From NCBI RefSeq assembly GCF_963921235.1, contig NC_086106.1:26846001-26910000 (forward strand): DNA of 64,000 nucleotides, written 5' to 3'. A program made the position numbers and the translations under genes. The notes beneath the pieces are model-generated. The model had not been told where the DNA came from. It worked only from the letters and a program-made list of their open reading frames with translations, and searched no databases. Below are positions 11,480-23,499 of this stretch, in pieces (within the stretch, counting starts at the first letter, position 1; each line of letters starts with the position of its first letter). Source of the DNA: Mobula hypostoma (Eukaryota).

Positions 11480-14400
11480 GTGTATGCCACAATACTCGTA
11501 TGGACCATACCAAATGTCAATCACAGAACGCCGCTGATTTCTACCCAACACTTTGGGTTCGTCCGAGGCTGGCAATTCTTCTATCTCTCTCTCTCTCTCA
11601 CCTTCGATTACGTTAGCACCGATTGTGACTCCCCCAACAAAACAACTGAGCAGCAAACTGCGGTCTCCCCTTTTACACCGGTTGGAACATGCCATCACGT
11701 GACATCACATCACCCACTCACACGACACTTACATCATGGAAATATCACGAGACAATAACATCATAATAATATCACGAGACAATACATCATGCTCACGAGA
11801 TACTAACGGAGCAGGTAAAACCTGCCCTCAAGAAAAGAAAAATTTTGATCTATCAAAAGCAAAATTTTAACTACAATTTGCAAAATATACAATGCATAAA
11901 GTTTGCAAAATGCACGATACACACACAGTTGTCATACAGTACTAATATAACCTGGCAGGAGTGTACACAAATATCAAAATTCCACTCCATAAAAAAATTA
12001 CATTGCAAGTTCAACATCTGGACAGATAGTCGACAATTACATTATCTTTGCCTTTCATGTGAGTTATTGAGTTATCATATTCCTTCAAAATAAACTACAA
12101 TTTAGCAACCTTCTATGTTCGTTTTTCAGTTTACTCAAAAATACCAATGGGTTGTGATCGGTGCAAACCCCGAGTGGTTTCTGAGTTGCGCCAACTTACA
12201 CATCAAAAATTTTCAGAGCTAAAAGAAGGGATAATAATTCATCTTCTAATGCTGAATAATTTCTTTGATGCCCATTAAATTTCTTGGAAAAGTAAGCCAC
12301 GGGATGGTCAACATCATCATAATTATCCCTTTGTAGTAACACTGCTCCTGCAGCCTCGTCTCTGGCATCCACAGCTAGTGAAAATGGTTTTTCAAAGTCA
12401 GGTGACCTGAGCATAGGGTGGTGACGTAGGATATCTTTCAACTTATCAAAGGCCTCCTGAGAAGGCTTTTTCCAAACACACTTCTCACCTTACTTCAGGA
12501 AGTTAGTTAACGGAAGGGCAATCTCGGAAAATTTCTTACAGAACTTACGGTAATATCCTACCATTCCCAAGAATCTTCTGACAGATTTTTTTAACAGTTG
12601 AGGTAAGAATCTTTAAAATTGTCTGAACTTTTGAACAGGAACCAACCTGCCTTGACCCACAACGTAACCAAGATAGGTCACAGTAACATGGCCAAATTCA
12701 CTTTTAGCTAAATTAATAGTTATGTTGGCTTGTGAAAGCCTTTCAAACAGCTTTCCCACTGCAGATATATGTGCTTCGCAAGTGTTATTCCCTGTGACTA
12801 AATCATCATTACAGACATCTGTATGTTTTAACCCTTCAATTACAGAATTAATCATTTTCTGGTATTTTTCGCGGAGCATTCTTCATTCCAAATGGCAGGA
12901 CATTGTATTCATATAACCCGTATGGCGTTACAAATGCTGAAATATCTGTCAAAGGAACACACCAATATCCTTTGAACAGGTGGATCTTTGTACGAAACTG
13001 AGCTCTTCCAACCTTATCCACAAAATAATCTATCCTTGGGATTGGATATGCATCGGTTTTTGTTACAGCTTTCACCTTTCTGTAATCAGTTCAAAACCGA
13101 ATACTACCTTCTGGTTTAGGTACCAAGACACAAGGTGAACTCCAATCCGAAGCAGAAGGCCGAAGAATAACATTTTCTAACAAATATTCCATTCCTTGTT
13201 CAGCGATTTTATATTTTTCCATGTCCATTCGAAATGGAAGTTGCTTTATTGGTTTGACGATCCCAACACCTACATCATGTCAGGCAACTGCGGTTTTTTT
13301 GGAAGGTCTGGAAATAAAAACCGAAATTTGACAATTAACTGCTTCATTTGCTGCCGCGGCTGTGGCTGTAGATGAGCCAATTTCTTATCAAAATTTTCCA
13401 AACTTCGAATTTGGTAGTCTGGCAGAAATAATGTTCGGTTTAAAATAAGCCTCAGATGGATCAATTACCAAGTTCGCAGGAAGATCAGGCTCATTGTCAT
13501 TGACGACAACTATCATAGCGGCGAACTGTATTTCATAATATGGTTTTATCATATTTAAATGACAAAGCTGCGTGGGCCTCCTCGATTTGGTGTTTGTACC
13601 GCACAGACAGCATTATTACCTTAACTTTTATGGGTTCGTTTGCACAGGGGGAAAAAAAAACACCGTATTTCCCAACTCAAATGACTTCGTTCTAGCTACC
13701 TTGTCATTCCAATTTTTCATTCTTTCTTGAGTAAATTTTAAATTTTCCCTTGCTAAGTTGCAATCTTTATGCCATCTTTCCTTAAATGTTAAGACATAAT
13801 CTGGCAAATTAGTTTGTAGTTCTTTGTTGACACACTGCTCTTTTAACAATGCTAAATGTCCTCGGACTCAATGCCCGAATACAAGTTCAAAAGGCCTAAA
13901 GCCTAGGGACTCCTGCACTGACTCCCTTACAGCAAATAAAAGCAAATGAACTACCGCATTCCAATCCTTCTCGTTTTCGACACAGAGCATCCTAATCATG
14001 GCTTTGAAGATAGAATGAAACCTTTCTAAGGCCCCCTGTGGTTCTAGATGGTACGCAGAAGATATAATGTGCTTGGCTCCTAGGTTATAAACTACCTGCT
14101 AGAATAATCCAGACATAGATTTACTTCCTTGATCAGACTGGATTTCTTTAGGCAACCCAAATAAAGTAAAGATCTTCATGAGAGGCTTCGTCACAGTTTT
14201 ATCTTTTATATTCCCGAGAGGTATTTCTTCGGCAAATCTAGATGATGTACAGATGATGGTCACCAAATCTTGATGTCCAGCTTTAGCTTTTGGCAATGGG
14301 CAAACACAATCTACAATAACTTTAGAAAACGGTTCACCAAATGCAGGATTATGTTGCATTTGTGCCATTGGGTTGTCTTGGTTAGGTTCACCCACAACCT

Positions 14401-15700
14401 GAGAAGTGTGAAAAGTTCGGCAAAATGTCGCCACATCTTTCCTCAAACCAGGCCAGAATAAATGTTTCATGACTGTGTTCACAGTTTTCTTCACATCTAG
14501 ATGGCCACCTAAGGGCATACTATGAGCCAAAGTGAAAATTTCATTCCTACAGACCTGAGGGTCGACGACCTGGTGACCAGCTGCCCAGTCTTCATTTGCA
14601 GGAATCTCAGGTGGTTTCCACTTCCTCATTAACACTCTACTCTTGGAATAAAACCCTATTGTCACCTTCTAAATCTCGCTATCTGGGAGAGCGTTGTCTC
14701 TCAAGGTGGCAATCTCAGGATCTCTGCTCTGCACCGTTATAATCTCTTTCCTGGACCGAGACAAGTTTTTATGGTCAGGCTCACTATGAGTATCCTGATC
14801 AAACAAGGAATGTAGGAAAGCTTCTGAGAAATCGTCAAAATCTGAATCCCGATTTGAGCTGTCATAGGTACTAGATCTAGGTTGCACAGACCATTGCCTT
14901 GGAAGAATATTTCGGCATAGCTCGGGTTACCACACAGGAGGGATACATGTCAGCATCCATCTTTGGATCATCAGTGATTGGCTTAATGTTGAACTGCACT
15001 GCAGGAACAACTTTTCCATCTGCTAGGTCATTCCCTCACAATAAAGAAACACCATCCACCGGTAAACTGTGTCGTAGTCCGATTTTAACAGGTCCTGAAA
15101 CTATCTCTGACGTTAAAACTACTTTGTGCAGAGGTGCTGGCGTAAGATTACCCTCAATATCTGGTATAAAATTTACTTCAGCTGTCTCGGTCTCATTCCG
15201 AAACCCTAGAACACTGTCTAACGTAAGTGACAGAGAAGCCCCAGTATCCAGAACAACTTTTATTGGTATTTGAGTGAATGCTTCATTCAGGGAAACAAAT
15301 CCCTCTGACATAAAATGATCGAATCCCTTCCTAACTTGGTGAGACCATGTCAGAGCTTCCTTTGAATGTCCCGAACCCTGCGGGATTATGGTATTTCAAA
15401 GTGTTGGATACAGGCATCTGGAGCTGATGCATTTGCCTTCTCACTACTGAATCAACCTGCAAGTGGACTTCACGGCACCGTGCGCGAAGACTCCCATGTC
15501 CAGTTCCATCTCCGAATTTTGAATTTTCTTCCCATTTAGAAAGTACATACCATACACTTCCTGACTCTATGTTCCATTTACCACCTCTATGCTCATTCTC
15601 CAAATCTGCCTCAGTCCTCCTGTAGTCTTCCTGCTTCCTCAATACTAGCTTCCCTCCAGCCTCCTTTGTGTCATCAGCAATAATGTCTTAGCGCTTTCCT
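11480..15700 (-). mobile_element. pol: Gmr1-like Gypsy element, copy B (gag remnant, protease, integrase, RT, RNase H, 3' LTR)
   Basis: Protease VVLDTGASLSL (ORF 15036-15311), integrase 14099-14665, RT 12613-13075, RNase H 12196-12441; domain order PR-IN-RT-RH. Confidence 0.88.
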
Positions 15701-15929
15701 AGCGCCTTGTTGGCCTCGTCTTTATTGGTTTTCCATTATCCGGCCCAGTTCTTATCAAAAGTCGGGAAACGGTTCATCCGCTTCAGGGACTTCCCTCTTT
15801 ACTTGAGCCATTACCGCCGTTTGCCTCTCTTCACTTCTCACCATCACACATACACACATACGTCCATAAACGTACCTTTCTGCAAGTACTGAGTTAGAAC
15901 ACGCAGGTTTCACGGACAGCCTAGTTGTG

Positions 15930-16480
15930 CCGTTGCTCTTGACCTTGTTCTGTTCTACATCACCCGTTCACCTCCCTACAGCATCTTATGTGGTCAGGGG
16001 AGCGGGTGGCGGGTGGCGGGTTACTGTAGATATCTCCTTCACATCCCCGACCTCCGTCCCTGCTCATCATTATGGGCATCTTCAAATAATCGGCATCCAA
16101 CTCCAAACAACTCTCAATATCCGGACTGCACTCTGCTCGTTACCACCTATAGGAATTAACGCTCAAAGCTCCACGACCACGCTCCGCGGTACGGAAACAG
16201 ATTCCATCCCTCTTTCATGAGATTTCTGGACGGTCCATGAAACCGTAAAGTACGACTGCGCTTTTCGTTTTCTGCGCCGATTACTTATCTTATCCTCCAT
16301 TGCAATTTTGTATCCTTACACTTCAATCTTGTTACACCGGAACAAAGGTCCCGTCCTTACTCACTCTTTCTTCAGTTAGTCCTGACGAAGGGTCTCAGCC
16401 TGAAACGTCGACTGCACATCTTCCTAGAGATGCTGCCTGGCCTGCTGCGTTCACCAGCAACTTTTATGTGTGTTGCTACA
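15930..16480 (+). mobile_element. Penelope-like element 3' remnant
   Basis: Degenerate GIY-YIG C-terminal region, then cctgacgaagggtctcagcctgaaacgtcgac...gatgctgcctggcctgctgcgttcaccagc, the usual tail of this repeat family (also near 44900-45010 and 48170-48260). Confidence 0.55.
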
Positions 16481-16879
16481 AGACGAATAACGTTTGTACC
16501 TTTGAGTGGGCTTGGGTCATCACTGTATCCGATGTTCCCGATGCGCCCTCCTACATATGGGTGTGATTCAACCGCTTCGCCAATCACCTACTCTCCACCA
16601 CAAACAGTACGATCTCCTAATGGTCATCCATTTCAATTCTATTTCCCATTCCCACTCCGACATGTCAGTCCCGGAGGGGTCTGCGGATCCGATTGGCTAC
16701 CAAAATGCGTCGGACGGTGAGCGGATTGAGAAATGCAGTTAAACAGAATGGAACGACTGGAGTTATAAGCATCTCTGTCCAAGAAAATGCAAGCCATGTT
16801 AGGTGAAAATTTAACGCCGACAACAGAAGACAAGCCCGCGAAATATTTTGGGTAGTTATAAAACCAGTGTAAGCAAAAG

Positions 16880-17140
16880 CCCAAGGAATGCTCTTGAAAC
16901 GAAAGACCCCGCTCAGTGTCTGATGAACCACAACCGCTGTTCACTCGGTGCAGTATCAATTGATGTAGTGTATCACTGACCTCTTGTATCCCAGTGTTCG
17001 AGTATACCTCAAACTCCATTCCTGCAATCGCTTTCGATACTATTATCAAAACACCAAAAGCAAAGATTCGGTTTTATTGCAATGACTGAGTTTGTGTAAA
17101 GGCAGGGAAGCTGCCTTGGAGGTAGAATGCGATGTGCTAA
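16880..17140 (+). pseudogene. Decayed TCR V relic, family 3 copy a
   Basis: ctgacctcttgtatcccagtg (PDL-W-Y-R-Q-like) at ~16976-16996 and gca aag att cgg ttt (AK.RF) at 17060; homologous to 40028-40270 and, inverted, to 63530-63751. Confidence 0.4.
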
Positions 17141-18009
17141 CGTGAGAATCAACCTCAGAATCAGGTTCAATACGGCGGGAAATTTGATTTTTTGTTGACT
17201 CAGAAGGCATGTATACGCATGGACTGCATGTGAACAGTTAAAATTGCCCACGTTCGCAACTATTCTTTTGCAAATATCTGGTCTCTCTCAAGAAATTAGC
17301 TACTCTATATCTTGTCGACTAACTCTAGTAATGTAATCAGCCATCTCCTATTGCTCAGTTGCACCATGCAATTACGGTAGATAAGCCAACCTGTGTGTCC
17401 TGTCTGAGCATTGCAAAGCATTTCGCTCAATGTCACCCCGACCCTTGGGTACTTTGCCTCTGTCATATGTTAAACAAATGGAACGCCAGAACCCTGAGCT
17501 GCCTGTCCGGCCCCTCTAGCAACCAGGTGTCACTAATGGCTACAATATCACAATTCATGCGCGAAGCTCGTCTGCCTTACCTTCAATACTTTGCTTTAAC
17601 TGGCACAACTCTGAACATTCGTCCTGCAATGCTCGAAAACGCAGGAGAGAGTCTGGAGATGGGGAGAGGCCACAACTATTCAGAAGGCTCTCTTGTTCTC
17701 TTATTTTGCACCTTCTTGCAAGTCGGGCAATTTCTGCGCTGCCATGTATTCTGAAATCCGCCCCTCTCCATGGGTCGGATCTGAGCTGCTCTGTCAGGGA
17801 GCTGCTTGAGCTCACCGCAATCCGTCCGAACGCCAAACAGAAACTCCACTAACCAGTAAGGGATTTTGCAACAGGGCCTGAGGTTGAGTGGGTCAAGAAA
17901 AATCCATGAGAATTTGAAATTGAAAAAAAAAACATAGTTACTTAGCAGGCAGAAGACCTTCTAGTGAGAGAGAAATGGAATTAATATTTCAGATGCTCCA
18001 TCAGAAACA

Positions 18010-19990
18010 AGACAGGTGAGACACTCTCCAATTTCATCCTTTCTTCCTCTCTCTTTCTTTCTCTCTCTCTCCCACTCTCTCTGTCATTAACCTCTGTTTA
18101 GCCGCTCCCCCTTTCTTGCCCTCCCTACTGCATTTTCCCCAACCTCCCCATTGCTCCCTCACCACTCTCAAATACGCTGTTCCTCTTTCACACCGTCCCT
18201 CTATTTCTGCCATTCCCTTGTCTCATTCAACAGTCCCTCTTCCCCATTCTTTTCACTCTGACCTCCAACCCTCCATAGGTTCCCATTTCTTCCCCTGCCC
18301 CCACCGAACGCTCCAGAACGGAAACTGTACTCTCCACAAACATCAGCGGTCCTGCCGTCTCTTGCCCCTATCTAGATAGTGCAGTTTTGAGAGTTTTATA
18401 GTGAGTTGAAATGCTGGCACAGGGTGTAGGGGAGGTGGATTTAATTCACTGGGGAAAACCAGTCTCCCTGAGAAACACGTGGTAGATGTGTTGGAAGTGA
18501 GCCACATAAATCGTGTTGTCCGGAAGACCCGGGAACGACTGGGCTGAAATCAAATGCACGTTCGTCCCAGTGACCTGCAGGAAAAGAGTGGGAGGAAGGG
18601 CTGTCAGACGGGTATTTTACCACAGCATCCTCAAAAGGGACCTGGTCTCCCACCTGTAGCCTCACCGAGTACCTGTGGGGGCGGAAAAACAAAGAAAGTG
18701 AGCACTTGCTGGCGGGTCAAAGGTCACGACCTCGGGGAGGGTGAATCGGGACACCAACGTTGTCGACCTTTCGCACCAGTGTTTGCTTGGGGGTGCAAAG
18801 CCCCGGAGGAGGAGAGTGAACAGTGACCCTCTTCCTGTGCATTTATTTTTCATTTCTAACTTACATTCTCTTTATATTTTATTTTATTTCTACCCGTATC
18901 TGTCTCGTACTCTTTCGCACTACCGCCATTATTTCTCTTTCTCCCCCATTGCTTTTACTTACCCTTTGTTTTTAAGACATTTTCCTTCATTTCCTCATCG
19001 CTCTCCATCACACCATGTCTCTTCCCTCGCCATCTCTTTTTTCTTCCATCTCTCAATCCATCCCCCTTTCTACTCCACTCTTTTCCTCCTCGAAACTTCC
19101 ATCCTCTCTATTTTTCTCTTCCCGATCTTCCTCTCTGCCTCCCTCCATTCTTACAACTCTATCCGTCCTTACTTATCTCTCCCTCTATCTCCCCGCACTT
19201 TAACCCTCCATCTCCTTTTTCTCAGTGCATCTTCCCCCTTCCTTGTTTCTCCCATCTCTATCCCTCACTCTTACACTTTCAATCCTATTTCACTTCCAAC
19301 CACACATCTCTCCCTCCTTCTGCTCATCTTTTTCCATTCCCGGCCCACATATCTCTCTGTCCCCCCATCTCTCATTTCCCCTCTTCTCCATCCCTCCACT
19401 GTACCAGATCATACACTTTGATTTCAACCCAAACCACAAGACCTAGCTAGTGGACGTGGAGAAACACAAAGTTTCTACTGCGCTCCATGTCCCTGCCCAG
19501 TCTCTTGTAGGGACTGACAGTGATCAATGCAGTAAGACGCAGGATGTGGTGGTGAGAGAAGGACGACACTGTGTCCGGGTAAGCGAGAGATCCGAAATAA
19601 AAATCCTGACTTCAGAGACCTGCCGTCCTCTTGATCGATGTCGAAGTCCTGGCATCTGAAGAGGATGGGAGATGGAGGTGAAGGCATGGGGTCGTATTTA
19701 GATGGGGGAGAGAAAGATACGAAGAGGTAGAAAGTACTGAGGGAGAGGAGGAGAGGAATGACGGTGATGTGAAAGGGAGAGTAAAGGAAGGAAAGAGAAG
19801 TCTGGGAGGTAGAGGGACAGACGAGGAGTGAAGGAGATATAGGAGAAGAGAGAGACGAAGGGAGGAGAGAGAGGCGAGGCAGGGAAAGAGAGAGAGACGG
19901 GATGGGAAAGAGGCAGTGACAGGAGAGAGCGACGGTTGAGAAAGACGGAGCTCGGAAGGTGGAGTGATGGGGGAAGTAGAAAGAAGTTAT
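18010..19990. repeat. Long polypyrimidine/polypurine low-complexity tracts with interspersed decayed L1/Tx1-like fragments
   Basis: CT-rich 18040-18370 and 18830-19420, GA-rich 19660-19990; unique islands translate to YLWGRKNKESEHLLAGQRSRPRGG and TVINAVRRRMWW, loosely Tx1-like. Confidence 0.55.
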
Positions 19991-20560
19991 GTTGCAACTC
20001 GACAAATCTCTGGTGAGACCACACTTAGAATATTGCGTTCATTTCTGGTCACCTCATTATAAGACGGATGTGGAAGCTATGGAGACGGTGCAGAGGAGAT
20101 TTACCAGGATGTTGCCTGGATTGGAAAACAAGTCTTATGGGGCAAGGTTAGCAGAGCTGGAACTTTTCTCTTTGGAGCTTAAAAGGATGAGAGGGCACTT
20201 GATAGAGCTCTACAAGATTATGAGAGGGTTAGAAAAGGTGGATGGCCAGTACCTGTTTCACAGGGCACGAATAGCTAACACCAGAGGGCATATGTACAAA
20301 GATAAGGGAGGGACGTTCAGGGGAGACATCAGGGGTAAGTTTTTCCACAAAGGGTTGTAGGTGCCTGGAATGACTTGCCAGGGATGCTGGTGGAGGCTAA
20401 AACATTAGGGGTATTTCACTCTTGGACATGCACATGGACGAAAGAAAAATAGAGGGTTACTTGGACGTCTGGGTTTAGTACCTTTTTTAAGCAACGTTTG
20501 GGCCGGCACAACATCAAGGGTCGAGGGGAATGTACTGTGCTGTAGTATTCTAGTGTCTAG
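19989..20560 (+). mobile_element. CR1 LINE 3' end
   Basis: LVRPHLEYCVHFWSPHY..VQRRFTRMLPGL..LELFSLE..MRGHLIELYKIMRG..TRGH. Confidence 0.85.
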
Positions 20561-21189
20561 TGTCCAGTGAAAGGGGATAAGGAGCCACGGACTGTGAGGT
20601 TTAAAATAATCAGGAAGAGATGTAATGCTCGTGCTCGTAAACAGAAAGTACGGGTAATAATAATACGAATAAAAAAAACTGGACAATATATAAAGAAGGA
20701 TTGAGCATTTGTTTTTGCTTTCATAAGCGGAATCAAATCTGACGTACTTGAATGGAGGAAATTAACAGTGTACTGACAGTTAGTTGATGGTCTTTGTGAA
20801 TACTGATTGATGGTTCAGTTTAGTTTGTGGAATTTTACGAGAGAACTTTCAAAGACACTTGCTGGTAACTAAAACACAGCTTATATTTAAAAGAACAGTT
20901 AACATGAATGTATCAATGAAAACCGCAGCAGAGACGCAATTCAGTTGCGGTCCGGAATGAAATTCAGCGTGAAAAATTTACAACGTCTTCAACGGTAGCG
21001 GTCCGACTACAGAAACAAACAGCTGAGACAAACTGAAAACTCCTCAAACAAGGAGCACAATGTTTCAGTTCGAGGCAAATAGTCCTGGTGAGGAACTATG
21101 TTGGTAATCAAAAGCGTGTGTTTGAAAAGATTACGGGCAGAACTGGATAACTGCCCTGGACAGTAGGGATTATGTTCTATATTCACCGG

Positions 21190-21481
21190 AGACGACACAT
21201 TGAGCAATTGGGGAGATCAGAAACAATAGATAGAGAAGAAAGGACTCCAGTGAAGTCAGAAAAGCTTTCTTCATTCCCAGACTCAATGCCTATCACCCCC
21301 AAAGAGGAGGTCCCGAGCCTGATATTGCTTTATTGCAACAAATTTTACCTGTCAGGTACAATTATACTCCCACTAACCTTGACAAGAAAGAAGATATCCC
21401 ACAGGCATAGAAAATTATTGAGAGAGATTAAACCTGCAGGATTAAAAAGGGCAATTCAGACTTTACTGTGCTATGGATGAT
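21190..21481 (+). pseudogene. Decayed supporting-type TCR V-delta relic
   Basis: Upstream tctatattcac resembles the acceptor of the intact supporting V; IEQ..., PSLILLY, and ggc aat tca gac -tt tac tgt gct atg (G-D-S-x-Y-C-A-M-like, same CAM ending); RSS lost. Confidence 0.4.
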
Positions 21482-21799
21482 AACAGTTTAAATATATTGT
21501 TTGAACAAGCATTCTTTGTGTGGTTACATAACTGATTACATGTTTCATAAAATTAAGTGTATGAGCGGCAAAAGTCATTACGCCGCCCCATGAAAAGAAA
21601 ACACGAAGTAGAGACGCTTTCTTTGCTCCCGTTTGTTTCCTTAGATTATTATTGACTCAATAACAGTGAAATCGGACATCAATCATCAAGTGTTCCTTGG
21701 TGCAGGTTAGTGTTATCAGCGCCGTCTTCCACTCATCTCCCTAGCGATCACTGGCAATGTTTTAATGCACTATTGATCAAATGGTAAGTTTGGCATTTT

Positions 21800-23400
21800 T
21801 AATATTGATTTTGCCAAGTATAAAGTAGTGAATGCATGAATGAACACCACAATTTATTTTCTTTTCTTACACATAATGCCTGTTCACACCGGGGCTGAGG
21901 ACTGGGATTTTTGAATGCAGGCATTCGGTAGCGCATTGGAAATATAATCTTCAAGGCTCGGGTCTCAGGATGGCAGAGGTATAACAGTTGAAATCGGGGA
22001 GGGGTGATTCCCAGGAGTTGTGATCGGTGAGGCAGCAGAATGCAGACTTCCGTTTTACTGAAGGCAATGGCTAAGTAAGTGTATTCCTGAGGGAATTTGA
22101 TAAGGTTCTGAGATTTACCTGGTGACGTCAAATGAAGTTGCAGGTAGCTGGCTTCCCCAGCTCTTCAGCGAGCCGGATGACTAGGCGAAATGAGGGTGGC
22201 AACTCAAAATGAAAAGACTTTTGGGTGAGTCGGTAAGTACGAATTTGTGGACATGACCTGCTCTCCGATGCTCACGTCCACAGGTCTTTTGGGCGTTTCG
22301 ACCATCCTGGACCAAACGGGAAGTCCATCACGTTCCGTCTATGCAGAGGGGGTAGAGATCAGCTGGATAGGGAATCGAACTTGCACATAGAGAAACATTT
22401 CCAGAAAGTTGCCTACTGCACAGAGTCCATTATGGACTTCTATATACCTAGAGCGGTCGAGGTGTGGAGGATGACAGATTGAGAGAATCAGGCTTTGTTA
22501 CTGGAAGGACAAAGAAGGAAACTCGACTCCACCTGCTTGCGCCGTTTCCTGGACGAAGTGGAAGAAGGATGTGTGGGTGATCGGAGGCTGCGCAGTAAGG
22601 GCAAATTATGTTACTGCACTAGTCCCTCATACTCTTGGGGGTGGGAGCTGTATGAGTCTGGGCATTAAGCGATCTCCTGCTACTAACGTTGGTTCTGTAC
22701 GCCTTGATGATGAGGATCCTACAGCCTGAAATATTTGTGGGAACGAAGCAAGCTTTCTGGCTGATATTTTAGAGGGTCGTACCATCAGCAAGTTGTAAAT
22801 TATGAAGGCTAGAGTTTAGAAGTCTTTGTGTTCGTTGGGCTTCTCAGTGGTGTACAAATCGCATAGGCACCCTTATATACTCTGATTCTAATAGGCGAAT
22901 AGCGCTTCCGCAATCCAGTCCTAAAATCGAGGATATCATCGAGGACCGAGCATGAAACACAGCAGGCGAAGTATATGATATTGTAATCACTTTCTACTTC
23001 CTTGATGGTCCAATAGCGGACGAAACTCATCAGTGTATTAATAATATTTATTTCAGATAACGGTTTTATTTTCCCAATTAAAGGTGGCCCTGACGGAGTC
23101 GCCAAGTTTGCAGAGACTTTAGGAGGGCTGTCTTGGTTCTGTACATGGAATACAGAGATGGCAGGAGCTCGAAGTGTAAGATGCACCCGGACAGGAAGTT
23201 CCAACATCGTATTGCAGATCTGTTGAAGCGTTCGTGTGTTGCAACGTTCTTCTCAGAGCTAGGAGATAGAATGGCGTGGTGTTTCTGTTGCGATATGAAA
23301 GGTTGTTTGAAATTACCGATCATGTGATCAATGGTTACTGCTACTTTGGGATCGTGCGCTCCTGTCGACGGTTGATTTTCTTTTGGAGACCATATTTTAT
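21800..23400 (-). mobile_element. Decayed L1/Tx1-like LINE fragment
   Basis: Minus-strand PPLIGKI..INIINTL..YFACC resembles the L1/Tx1 post-RT region; many stops. Confidence 0.4.
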
Positions 23401-23499
23401 TAGGTCAACAACTGGTTCGCCCATCCTGTCAGAAATGTAGAACAGGCTTCAGCTAAACATCAGAGCAGCGGATGCGATTTACCAGTACCGTAAACGCCC

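Larger units (their letters stand above)
6351..15900. repeat. Segmental duplication module, copy B (with HERO-like insertion)
   Basis: Colinear with 445-6350 and 32034-39150; the Gypsy element extends further, to protease/gag. Confidence 0.9.

Noticed and set aside
18380-18830. Island with AEIKCTF / ENQSP looking like an Ig V exon
   Set aside because: Motifs are scattered over different frames, there is no YYC or RSS, and it fits a decayed L1/Tx1 fragment better.
18741-20024. Long Phe/Ser/Leu/Pro-rich ORFs (226, 176, 108 aa)
   Set aside because: Pyrimidine-only tracts cannot contain stop codons; compositional artefact.
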